Assembly (NCBI GenBank): GCA_002633005.1
Contig: NMRA01000182.1
Location: forward strand, 541,768 to 605,767
Source of the DNA: Phoronis australis
Taxonomy: Eukaryota; Animalia; Phoronida
Direction: 5' to 3'
DNA: 64,000 bases
Notes under the pieces: generated by a model
What the model was told of the DNA's origin: nothing
What the model saw: only the letters and a program-made list of their open reading frames with translations
The model's database searches: none
Shown here: one piece after another, positions 1 to 12,180 of the stretch
How positions within the stretch are numbered: position 1 is the stretch's first letter
Layout: each line of letters opens with the position of its first letter
Translations under genes and position numbers: made by a program

Positions 1-554
1 TTTTTTTTGCGCCCATGGCTGTATCTCCCAAACCGTTTGCAGGATCTTTACTAAATTTAGCAAGTGTATTTATGTGATGTTGACAACGGACGATGACGAC
101 TTTAGGATGATTCTGACTACCGGTATTCCTCTAGTGGCAATTTTAGTATTTGCCTCTAGTGGCAATTTTAGTATTTTACATTGACCTCTGTATTTTCTTC
201 AGGTGTGTACTTTGTGTTACTTCGTGACTATGAAGGAAAAGTTCCAAGTAGAAATTTGTTTCTGGCATTCTAATGCTGTGCTAATCTCGTATGTTGGTAA
301 ATTTGTTTTTAATTTTATGTTTCTGTGGTGATTTAAGCAACTGGTGTATAGGATGTGCTTGTATTATGAAGATTACTCACATTTTGCCTCTAGCCTATTG
401 AGGAGACAAGGACCATGCCTTTCCATTTTGCAAAGTACAACATACTACATATATGCCCTCTACTGGCCACTTTATGGTACCAATAAACAACCCTAGAAGG
501 ATACCGTATGCGGTGCAATTTTGGGCGCATTTCAACGCTCTGCGTTGCTCTTGT
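1..554 (+). mobile_element. 3' part of a second copy of the same HINE-like element (continues beyond window start)
   Basis: Nearly identical by eye to ~53260-53808, including the 3' subTIR, hairpin and CTCTTGT end. Confidence 0.85.
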
Positions 555-1886
555 TTAGTTTTTTGAAAGTTGCAATTCCCATGCCATATGGTACATAAAA
601 TAATTGCCATCGGCTGTGTTGGAAAAATTAATCTTCAGTAAAAGGGTACAGCCTGGACATCATCAAGACCTTGTTAAATATAAACGCTGAATTCTTCGGA
701 TATGAAAAAGGAATATATGCAATTTGTTTCCTTACACCTCATTCAAAATGCCTACGATTCCATCTGGTGCCGTATATTATAAGTAATACTTAAAGAAAAT
801 ACAACTCAATAATTAAGTAAGATGCTTTTATTTGCATTTCAATTTGTAGTTTGTTGTCATATTTCCAAGATATACAATGCCAAGGCTATTTTAAAACATG
901 AAATTATAACCACTTGCTGTATATCTAATACAACTTAAAACTTTGGTAGATGATCGATTAATGTATGATAAAAGAATAAATTCTGAGTTGCTTTTTATAT
1001 TGGCAAATAGCACAAATTAAAAAGAGTATATGATGTTAGTCAGTATATAGGTGGTGACCCTTGAGCTGAATTCAGATGGTCACTAATACGCCTTTCCCTT
1101 TGGTTCTGGCGCTTCGGCGTTACCAAATGAATGTGAATATTTGATTTTGGTCTTGAATTGAAGTTAACACCGAGAAATTCTTAACCCCCTAAACGTCAAT
1201 GCCGAAATAGGGCACGGACTAATCAATAAAATTACGGGAAGCTGTAATTAACTAAAACGTATGTCTGGGATAATCAATGAATTGTATTTTTACTGAAAAT
1301 GACATGAAAGGCTGCCTTCTCCTTCAAGGGGTGAGGTCCTTTTTTGAACAAAAACAGGTAAAGCCTATGACCGAAGATGATTTTAGTGCCACCTTGCGAT
1401 AACTCGGCTGAACTAGTGTTCTGACTAACAGGGAACTGCTGGGAACACTGTTAAGGTTGAAGCTTGGATTACAGCGAAGTTACTGTATGGAAAAAAAAGG
1501 CCTTAAAACTACACTGCAGCTGGGGCAACTTGCAGCTGATCAGCTGATTGTCCACAACACAATGACGCAGATGGTGTCAACTAGGCAGTACACATCCATG
1601 GATGCTCCTGAGAGAGAAATCTGAAAGGCTTCCTCATGTATTCTATGTCACGTGGCACTTGAATAGCCAGTCATGTACCCCTGTGTTTAGAGCGGTCTGC
1701 CATTTTGGTATCTTCGCAGTGAGATGACCACAAATTAAGGCTGCACATACACTGTTTTTGGACTGAAAGTGCGCTTCACTTGTTTTGCTGAAGATAACTA
1801 TTCTTAGCAGCTGCAGTATTTCGAAAAAGAATCCAGTTGTTTGCCAATGCTGTATAAACTAATTAGCTGATTATGACTTCTTCCTT

Positions 1887-3280
1887 CATGTCATGAACAC
1901 ATCCACTAAAACAAGAAACTGTAGGAACACCGCATTTATCCACCTTCACTCTTATCAGGCTTCTATTGTGAGTCAGCATGCGTGAATAATTGGCTGATAA
2001 GCCACCTCTGGAACTACTTTTGGCTGAATGGATGACCAGGCCATAAAATGATAATTAGCCAAGACCAGTTACTATAATGCAACAAAGAATAATGTCTTGC
2101 ATCACCTAGCCTTGGTGGAAAGCTGTATACTGTATTGGCTCAAACAAACGCTTAGAAAAATTCATTTCACGGGGAGGGGACGCTTATTGTAGTGAGCCTA
2201 CGGCAGTTGAAACCCGGTTTCCCAAACGGGTAAAATCGGAAGCTAGGATTCATCAAATTTACGCTNNNNNNNNNNNNNNNNNNNNNNNNNNNNNNNNNNN
2301 NNNNNNNNNNNNNNNNNNNNNNNNNNNNNNNNNNNNNNNNNNNNNNNNNNNNNNNNNNNNNNNNNNNNNNNNNNNNNNNNNNNNNNNNNNNNNNNNNNNN
2401 NNNNNNNNNNNNNNNNNNNNNNNNNNNNNNNNNNNNNNNNNNNNNNNNNNNNNNNNNNNNNNNNNNNNNNNNNNNNNNNNNNNNNNNNNNNNNNNNNNNN
2501 NNNNNNNNNNNNNNNNNNNNNNNNNNNNNNNNNNNNNNNNNNNNNNNNNNNNNNNNNNNNNNNNNNNNNNNNNNNNNNNNNNNNNNNNNNNNNNNNNNNN
2601 NNNNNNNNNNNNNNNNNNNNNNNNNNNNNNNNNNNNNNNNNNNNNNNNNNNNNNNNNNNNNNNNNNNNNNNNNNNNNNNNNNNNNNNNNNNNNNNNNNNN
2701 NNNNNNNNNNNNNNNNNNNNNNNNNNNNNNNNNNNNNNNNNNNNNNNNNNNNNNNNNNNNNNNNNNNNNNNNNNNNNNNNNNNNNNNNNNNNNNNNNNNN
2801 NNNNNNNNNNNNNNNNNNNNNNNNNNNNNNNNNNNNNNNNNNNNNNNNNNNNNNNNNNNNNNNNNNNNNNNNNNNNNNNNNNNNNNNNNNNNNNNNNNNN
2901 NNNNNNNNNNNNNNNNNNNNNNNNNNNNNNNNNNNNNNNNNNNNNNNNNNNNNNNNNNNNNNNNNNNNNNNNNNNNNNNNNNNNNNNNNNNNCTCCTCTT
3001 TTCAAATATTACAGTAAAAACTACGTAAAACTCTCTCCATAAAAAGTACAGTCTGCTAGCTAGATTGTAATCAGCTGATCATATCCGCATGAGCGAAGCC
3101 AATTATCCTCGCTCATGACTCGATGACTAGAGCAGCTTGGCGGCATCCCTTTGATCGTGAGCCGAGTGCGACTCAGCCAAGGTGGATAAATACGGTCTAG
3201 TTCAATTTTCCTTACCCCACCGTTTACCTTAACCACTAGGGTTAGGACCAATCTTATTTAGTGGGAATGTTTGTAGCATG
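1887..3280. mobile_element. CATG-terminal element, copy 1 (inverted relative to 4350-5273; contains gap 2266-2992)
   Basis: 1887-2265 reverse-complements 4895-5273 and 2993-3280 reverse-complements 4350-4637, with scattered substitutions. Termini CATGTCATGAACA...TGTTTGTAGCATG. Confidence 0.65.
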
Positions 3281-4349
3281 TTGTCTGTAAGCTTTCTGTC
3301 CAGTGGACTCTTGGTGTGGAACAAGTTGTAGCTACCTGTGTGAACAAAAAGCTGGGCCAAAGAAGTGCCGCTTGTGCAGTTGTGTTCACATGAATAGTCA
3401 GCCAGCTGGCAGATTTTCAATATAGGGCTAGGAATGATTCTATGTAAAATAAGAAAGCCTGCTTTTTTGTCACTCAAAGCTTTACTTGTGATCATGATTT
3501 ACGTTAGTCTGGTTATGAAACTTATTTCAAGATGAAGATCTTGCTGGACAGCCTGAAATTTTATGCAACTACAGCATTCAACTGGCACCTTAAGCCTAGC
3601 CCATGTTTGTTAGTCAGGTAAGTGTCATTTACTTGCATTAAACTCTTGCTTTTGTATACAAATAAAGTTTAGTTGGTCATTACCTTCAAAACACTACACT
3701 CACAACATGCGCAATATTGCCAGGCCAACCTCTTTTGTTTGTGGCAAAGCGACATGAATCAGTAGATAGTGCAAAACTTTGCTTAAGAAAAAGTTCTCTG
3801 TTCAACATGCAACGAAATGAAACCAGTTGTCAAGTTGTGTGGCTTTCACACAACCTTGTGAAAGGAGAACAATTGATTGAAGTATCGTCGAAAAAGAAAT
3901 CAATCAGTTTTGTTGCTTTTATTTCATCCAGTTCAAAGTTGACAGATGCATATCTATGTCTCATTAGTTGCTCCGCCACCTACATAATTATGGACTAACA
4001 AAAAATGATTTGGTTCCGGTATCCAATTTTGTTTCCTTAAAAGGATACCAAACCCTGTTTTGATAATTCCAACCAATCCTTGTCCTTTCACCTGCTTATA
4101 CATCATTGGCGTCAGTCTTGGAAGTTAAAGACAGCTAGGAATCGACTAAAACTCATCCTCCCTATCTCACGGGTGAGAAACAAAATGACCACCAGTCCTC
4201 TAAATCGGACTGACTCGCCCAAAACAGGACCTCTGGGGATCAAATGGGACCGCCACACTAGAAAATGGGACTGACGCACCTAAAAACATGACCGCCCCAC
4301 CAGAAAACAGGACCGCCGGGGACTGAACATGACCGCCGGACAAAATGTA

Positions 4350-5273
4350 CATGCTATGAACATTCCCACTAAATAAGATTGGTCCTAACCCCAGTGGTTA
4401 AGGTAAACGGTGGGGTATGGAAAATTGAACTAGACCGTATTTATCCACCTTGGCTGAGTCGCGCTCGGCTCACGATCAAAGGGATGCCACCAAGCTGCTC
4501 TATTCATCGAGTCACGAGCAAGGATAATTGGCTTCGCTCATGGAGATATGATCAGCTGATTACAACCTAGCTAGCAGACTGTACTTTTTATGGAGAGAGT
4601 TTTACGTAGTTTTTACTGTAATATTTGAAAAGAGGAGCGAAAACAAATATGAGTACAACTTTGAATTTTTCAAATCGGCCCAGGATAAGAGATTTTGCAA
4701 CACAGCAACACTCACGATTACTTTCATTCGGCGCGCACTAATACAAAANNNNNNNNNNNNNNNNNNNNNNNNNNNNNNNNNNNNNNNNNNNNNNNNNNNN
4801 NNNNNNNNNNNNNNNNNNAATTTAACAACGGAAGTTGATAGCAATGCACCACAATTTTGTAGAAAGGCTGTCATAGGCTACAAATACGTCACAGAGCGTA
4901 AATTTGATGAATCCTAGCTTCCGATTTTACCCGTTTGGGAAACCGGGTTTCAACTGCCGTAGGCTCACTACAATAAGCGTCCCCTCCCCGTGAAATGAAT
5001 TTTTCTAAGCGTTTGTTTGAGCCAATACAGTATACAGCTTTCCACCAAGGCTAGGTGATGCAAGACATTATTCTTTGTTGCATTATAGTAACTGGTCTTG
5101 GCTAATTATCATTTTATGGCCTGGTCATCCATTCAGCCAAAAGTAGTTCCAGAGGTGGCTTATCAGCCAATTATTCACGCATGCTGACTCGCAATAGAAG
5201 CCTGATAAGAGTGAAGGTGGATAAATGCGGTGTTCCTACAGTTTCTTGTTTTAGTGGATGTGTTCACGGCATG
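4350..5273. mobile_element. CATG-terminal element, copy 2 (inside the Transib-like element)
   Basis: Termini CATGCTATGAACA...TGTTCACGGCATG are imperfect 13-bp inverted repeats. Near-identical inverted copy at 1887-3280. No convincing TSD. Confidence 0.6.
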
Positions 5274-5363
5274 GTTATCAACTTGAAGGGCTTTGTATGA
5301 TACTGCGGGTTATGACGTAACTGGTCAGCTAGCTGTGAAAAGACTCGCCAAAATAAAACTTGG

Positions 5364-6090
5364 TAGCACTGCGTTATTGAGCTTGGTTACATCCCCGAAA
5401 TTTCCCACAGCCCGGGTAGTTCTGCTCGTCACCTCGTCACTTGAAACTTAATCAACATGTAGAGCTAGCGAGCGTCCGGGAGCAGGCGCATGCAAAATCT
5501 AGGAGTCAATCAACACTCACCTTGCAGGTTGCAGCCACTTGGGTGAAAAACAATCTAATGAACATCATTTGTTTGTCTATTGTAACAAAAGTTTGTCGCG
5601 CTCGTGACATGAGCATGCGCCATTTCCTAAAATTTTGCGACATCTTTCGGAAGATGATGACTCAACTTCGCAGCAGCACCGATTTGTTCGGAAATTTGGT
5701 TTGCTGGTATTAAAATACTAAAAACTTATGACAAAATGAAACCAGTTCCGATAATTTGTTGTGCCATGTACGCAACTTCGTAGAAGAGAAGAAGAGCTGA
5801 CTGAAGAATCGGTGAAAAAAGGAACTGGTCAATGTTAGCCGACCTAAAAGAACGCATCTCAAGCAGAATAACGACAGAACGACAAATTTTGCTTGCGAGC
5901 GCCGATAAATAATTAAGTTTACTCTAGGAAGAGTGTCGTTAATAACACTAATTCGGTGAAGATTTTATATGTGCAGTGTTTTACCCATATCGGCGCCAAG
6001 CTGTATATTTAGTATACTGCTTTGCCGCACAAAGGCTAGTTATGATGCTTCACCCGAGAACCAGAACGCCCGTTTCATGTTTTTCTTTCT
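5364..6090 (-). mobile_element. Internal fragment of the Kolobok-like family seen at 10770-12180, in inverted orientation
   Basis: gggtagttctgctcgtcacctcgtc and ctggtattaaaatactaaaaact are reverse complements of ~11765-11790 and ~11483-11505; gctgtatatttagtatac matches ~11172-11190. Confidence 0.65.
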
Positions 6091-9000
6091 TGACTAAAAC
6101 GTTACATTGGAGAAAACGATTTTCATTTTGTTCCAAAACTTATGCAGTGGATAAAGTTATAATTATTTAGCTCAAAAGCTTGCAACGTGGTTGGTTTGTG
6201 GTTAAAACTCAAAAGCGCTGCATGTTACAAAGCGAAGTGTCCTCTAGCGCACAAAAGATTTCGTTGGAGTAATCGGCATGAGACCAGCATATGCATACAT
6301 ATATAGCTCCATTGTATGATCTGTGTAGGCCTACCGGTAATAAATCTTACTTGTTTGTTATTGCGGTTTTAATCCGCGGCAGTCATGTTCAGTCCCCGGC
6401 GGTCCTGTTTTCTGGTGGGGCGGTCATGTTTTTAGGCGCGTCAGTCCCATTTTCTGGTGCGACGGTCCCATTTGATCCCCGGAGGTCCTGTTTTGGGTGA
6501 GTTGGTCCGATTTAAAAGGACCGGTGGTCATGTTGTTTCTCACCCATGTATCTGGCAAATTGGATATTGTGGTCCTTGGTGGGTGGTCTTTTCCCCACAG
6601 TTGCCTGTAATTCACTAAAAGGGTAGGTCACCCTTGCCCGTTTAGCAGACTTTGAAAGAAGTTTTCAAATTTTCGTCTATTGGTAAACTTTTGAGGGTTG
6701 TTGTGGGTTACAGAGCATTACTTTGTTTCAGAGATAATGGATGGGAAAGTCAACTTTAGTATCTGTTAGTAGGCCAAATGTGGATTTGGTGTCCTTTCAA
6801 GAATGAGTACAGTTTTAATTTGATTTTATGTTGTTTATTTTTTCTTAGAATGATCCAAAGCTGTATTTGATTGTCTCAGGTGCAACTTCGCTACATTAAG
6901 TGCCTGTTTGTACACAGCTTTTTTCCCAATACTCTGATTGCTGTTTGCCATCTGACCTTGTAATGTTCAGGTGCAATTTTCACTGTCTATAGGTCATGTT
7001 CATTTTTTGTGTTTATTACAGAGAATGCGATGAATTACAGAAACATTGATAGGGTAGCCTGGAGAGCATCCACATGTCGGCCAGAAGGAGGGATACGAGA
7101 TCTGGGTTTGTGGATTCCGCATTCTTAGGCTAGTCGTACAATATGTATTTTGTCAACCAGAGGTACTCCTTTAATTTTGTCCCAGACTGGGGAGATGCTG
7201 GCAGGATTATAAGTTTTGTGTATAGAACAACTTTCAACAACATAATTTGTTAAGTCGGGGGCACCCATTTCAGCTACTTCTCTGGCGCTATTACTAAACA
7301 CAGCCCTGTTGGAGACATTTCCTATTCTGATTATCAATTATTTTCTTAGCAATATAGAAAGATACAAAAAGACACATGCAAACCTATTTCACAAAAATAT
7401 ATTGTTAGAATTATGCACAATATGTGAGGGTTTCAAATAAATTTGATTTCATGAAAATAGTTTTGTAGTGAAAAACGTATATTTTGGAAAGGCTGTGAGC
7501 AGCACACACTGTTTGTTTACCTGTAACCTGTTAAATTTTCCTCCATGGTTTTCCCTGCAATGCAATGCAATTTTGTTTGTCAACCCAAACTCTGCTGAAT
7601 GAATCACCTGTTTATTGTATGGTTTCAAAGTTCTGAAATTTTATATTGTTATGCTTCGTAAAAGTCAAATTACAAAAGAAAATGTGTCAGCATGCAAGAT
7701 GAAGCTCCTGTGTAAGCTAGCAGCACGCAAGACTCTTTTCCCTGTTCTAATCAAAGTCAAACTCACTCTCAAAGTGGTCGAAAGCCTACAACTAACATTG
7801 TCACCCGAACACGGGATTGTTTGGATTAGAAAACCTACCACGAGTTCAATAAGACTTTGTGAAACTGATGCAAATTCTACCCAAGTTCTGATATTTTGCC
7901 ACATAACTCTCGTTGAATTTTTTTGTATAGTTTCATGCAATTTTTGCAGTGATAAACTTGATGTCTGTGACTCATTAGAAGGTGACATGCCAACCCATAT
8001 CTAATCACACCCACAGTGAATCCTATGATGGGCTTTGTACAACATGGTTCATGTTTTAGTGTTAAAATGCCTACTTCTTCCCATTTGATAAATTAAGCAT
8101 TACTTTGAAAAAATAAACTTCAGGAACTTGAATACTTTACAGGGACTGTCATGACCATAAAGCATAGTTTGGGACATAAATCAAAAACAAAGCAGTGAGT
8201 GTTTGCTTGTTGACAAAATTACGTTTTTCATGGATTGCTCGTGGAGCATGACTCTAAAGTTTAGAACACCTGAAAATCTCAAGAAAGAGTTCAATGATTT
8301 TAATCGTGAAAATCTTGAGAAAGAGCTCACTGACTTTAATCGTATTTGAATTTTCTTGCCTTTTTGTAAAAACTTTCTCTGATTTTTTATTTGAACTTTT
8401 GTTATTTTTATGTTTAATTTGAAATCCTATTGTTAGAAAGTGCTAAACACTGAACGTTATTTTTTTGCAGTTAAACAACATCGACACTAGTTATGGAAAA
8501 TCCCAGATACGGTTTATGTGCACTTTTATCAAAATTTTCAATACAAGAAGTTTGGTGCATGCTGGTGAAAAGACTTTTTCCCTATCAGTGTACCTGCAAA
8601 ACAACATTTTTGTTAAAACGCATGGTCACCTGACCTTGAGAATGGCACAGTGTTGTGACTTACATAAATTTGTCTCACTCCTAGTTTCAGAAAGTATATA
8701 CTTTTTTGGGTTGACAGTCACCAGTTACTTAGATATTTCAAGAAGACAACATTTAAATTAGGGGCGTACATTACCTCAACAGGAAATGCAACAATTTTTG
8801 ATGTTACGTACAGTAAAAAAGCAAGTCCCTGGTTATTTTGGATATATATTTTTGTTCCTGTGTACCCAGAAACAATAGTGTGGCCTTTCATTCACTTCCA
8901 TTGAGCAAAAACAATGTCCTGCTGGCTATTGAACACAGCCTGTGTTTGTCACCGATTGCTCAGTAGAAGTGAATGTACCGTAAAACCAAGTACTGGTGTT

Positions 9001-9649
9001 TTGCTGGGTCGGTTCTGTCACTTTCCCTTGTTTCAAGGACAATGCAATAATTAACTCAGACTATGACTTGAACATGACCAGGATGTGTGTTGTCTCGAGA
9101 GCTACCATCAAAAACAGTTGCTTTCCTCTTTAAATACAAAAGTGTGCTGCCGTGTGGGTAAGTACTGTATTTTTACAGTGCAACCTGCTTCTTTTGAATG
9201 CTAATGACCTGTCATGTTTAACTTAGGATGTTAACTCTCAATGAAAATAACACGGCATGAAGTACATTGCTGATTCATACTTAATGCACCTCATGAAATA
9301 CAAAATGTTAAGAAGCAAACAAAGACTGCTGTGCAAGGAATAAAAATGCATTCATGCAGGATAAACAACAACACACATAGTTAACATTGTGTCCAAGTAT
9401 TGGATATTGAGAAACAAAATTCATTATAGTAAAATAGTAGGTACCAAATTCAACTCTTTCTTCGTGAATTCAAGACGTGTAAATGGTAAAATTTCAGTTT
9501 TGTCAAAAGTGATTGCCAAAACTTTAAATTTCATTTTGTTGCCCACAGTAATTTAAAACTTTGGCTGATGGTTAGTGTGGTAGAAAACTGAAGATGAAAA
9601 TTCGTTTAATTTGGTGCTACATCTGTTTCATGGAAAAAGTCCACTTGTC

Positions 9650-10100
9650 AGCCATATTGTGTCCTAAATTTATGAAATTGTCGAGAGATACAATTAAGTT
9701 TTATGACATACCATTCGTTGAGATTTACATATAACTAAGGTTTGACAATGATACGTTTCTCAGGCATGTGTATCAGCATTCTGGAATAACACGTAGCTTC
9801 ATAGCATTACTGTCATTGGCATGACCAATCGACAAAACAATTCACAAAACACATACACTGATAAATAGTTTGAGGCCCTTACCCTTTGTTCAAAATCAGC
9901 GACACTAGGTAATGATTTGTCTACAATCTTTGATTTACTCAGTTTGTGGAGCTCTTGCTGCATAGTCTTTTTAGGGATTCTTTTGAATTTTTTTGTAATG
10001 GTAGATCTCATCAAAAGCTATCTGCGATACCTATACGTTCTTAGCTACAACTTAACTTCACGACTTATTCAAGATTTTCTGAGGTCTTCTTTCATGGATT
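9650..10100 (-). pseudogene. Decayed hAT-type transposase C-terminal (dimerization) remnant
   Basis: Across frameshifts the minus strand gives ...LVMPMT...YSRM...LRNVSLSNLSYM*ISTNG, resembling the hAT dimerization pattern LVMPxS.A.CER.FS.M....LRN.L...L..LM.ISxNG. Multiple stops. Confidence 0.35.
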
Positions 10101-10769
10101 TATTTCTAGGCAGACTTTTGAAATTTGGCTACTTGTTGCATGAGTGCAGTGGCATGTAGTTTCACTTTTTTCAAACCACCGGAATGTGCCAACATTTTTC
10201 ATAATCACCAGTTTACTGCAGACAGTTTTGCTGCCTCGTTTCTGAGGTAGAATAACTTATATTGGGACAAATGCTCGACTCTTCTCATTTCACACAATTT
10301 GCTAGTGACCATTTATATAATAGTCATATGACCGATACAGAAAACATACCTTGATTAGACTTCCTGGAAAATCCTGGTTGGCAGCTACCATTGTCTGTAG
10401 GTTATCAGAGACTCATATGGCTGTTTGTGCTTGAACGAATACATCACTGATGATAAACATTTTTTGTCAATTTCTACAGCTTTCATGAAGCATCATAATG
10501 AATGATGAATATTTAAAAACGTCTCATTTTTTCATAAACGCTCCTCCACTATCTAACATTAGACAGCTATCTGTTTCTCTATCACCACATTACCTATGCA
10601 GGTGTTGAATTTCCTGTTTGACTTAGCACTGATAGCTTTGCATTTTAGCTTGAGTAAGAAGTTGGCTTTTGCCCGTTTTCACTAAATGAGATCTTGGGAG
10701 GTAACATTCATCTAAGTAACACTGCTTTGAGAGCAGTGTGGCTGGATCAGTTTAAAGTACAGTTCTTAA

Positions 10770-12180
10770 AAGGTTCCTGAAGTACAATGACATGCATTTT
10801 TAATGTAATTTAATTGATGAATAAAGTCTATATCAGAAATCACATCTTTGTTACTCTTTCACATTTTTGTAAAAAAGCGTTTTTCCAATGTTAATTCCTA
10901 TTGGCTAACGCGTGTCTGACATCACTGAGGCTGTACTGTGGGTGAAGGCAATAAGATAAATCAAGCTTATTATGTATATAGCTCATTGGGCGAATGCCTC
11001 TTGGCTACAGAACTGTGCTTAACTGTGTATAATTCGTCTGCGATCTCGGCTCTCAAAAGTTCATAATACAAGTTTACTGCCGTGTAGTGTTGACTATTAG
11101 TGGAACGATGCCGTTCTCAGCACGGGCCAGGAAAGGGCCCCGACTGCGTAGCTTTGCCTTGGTGCAAGCTGTATAGTAAATATACAGCGGCCGTTGCACC
11201 GGCGTGGGTAAAAACTGATCAAATAAAATCTGGCACAAAATTAGTGCCATTAAAAATTACACTCTTGCTTGAGTAAACTAAATTATTGACTGGTGTTGAA
11301 AAAACTGGCGTTCTGCCGATCACTCTGCTGCTAAAATTTGGGTGTGCTCTTTAAGGTCAGCTTTCGGCGCCGTCCCCTGTTGCCTTATTGGCCAGTTTCA
11401 TTCCCCGAGTTGTTCTTCTTCCAAGCGAGCGAACTGTGTACATGTCACAACAAATTACTAGAGCTGATTTCATTTCCTTACCAGTTTTTAGTATTTTAAT
11501 ACCAGGAAACCAAATTTCATTAAAAAATTTGCTCCTGCAAAGCTGTCCTCATTTCCCAAACGATGACGCAAAATTTTAGGAAATAGCGTTTATTGAGCAT
11601 ACTGTTTTCTTTGTTACAAAAGGCTGAGAATTACAAAATAAAATGTTTACTAGAATGTTTTTCACTTAAATGGCTCTAGCGAGCAAGGTGGGTGTCAATT
11701 GACACCCAGATATTTGCACGCTCCCCTGCCAGTTTAGAGCTCTACATGTTGATCTAAGTTTCGCGACGAGGTGACGAGCAGAACTACCCGTGTGTCGGAG
11801 CTCAACACACAGTGCTACTAATACCTAGTTGTATTTTGAAGATAGTCTTCATGTAGCTAGCTGGATGGCTAGGCTCTGGGATGAATCAGAGTCACAGGAA
11901 AGAAAAACAAAAAAGGTTGTGAGTATGCACATGTTGATCTGTCGTCTGGACTACGTACTCGCACGGCTAATGACCTATATCTCTTTGTGCTTTACAGCCT
12001 CAGTGACGTCACAATAAACAGCGCTTGCAGTGGGGCTTTACAGAACTAATAATTTTTTTACTTTTCAAGGTAAAAAAGAAAAATACTGTGCACAATTTAG
12101 GAATATGTGGATGCCAGTAACCAACTTTTATACTTTCAAAATTCATATGAAAATGTTTAAACATGTAGTTCAGGCCTCTT
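10770..12180. mobile_element. Kolobok-like non-autonomous DNA transposon (TTAA target)
   Basis: TTAA on both sides (10766-10769, 12181-12184). TIR AAGGTTCCTGAAGTACA vs AAGAGGCCTGAACTACA; inverted subterminal block TGACATCACTGAGGCTGTA / TACAGCCTCAGTGACGTCA. Confidence 0.65.

Larger units (their letters stand above)
4168..6548. mobile_element. Non-autonomous TIR DNA transposon with ~170-bp TIRs, CAC/CAT termini and 5-bp TSD TATCT (Transib-like signature)
   Basis: TATCT|CACGGGTGAGAAAC...GTTTCTCACCCATG|TATCT. 4168-4340 is the reverse complement of ~6374-6548. TIRs are built of ~21-bp subrepeats. Confidence 0.75.
4041..6796. mobile_element. Kolobok-like MITE (~375 bp of own sequence: 4041-4167 + 6549-6796) split by a nested insertion
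   Basis: TTAA|AAGGATACCAAACC at left; right end reverse-complements to TTGA|AAGGACACCAAATC. The right part is homologous (inverted) to 34673-34910. Confidence 0.55.

Noticed and set aside
7183-7212. QTGEMLAGL, resembling SUPT3H DQTGELLAM
   Set aside because: Immediate stop, and the orthologous residues are already encoded by the exon at 47546; chance similarity.
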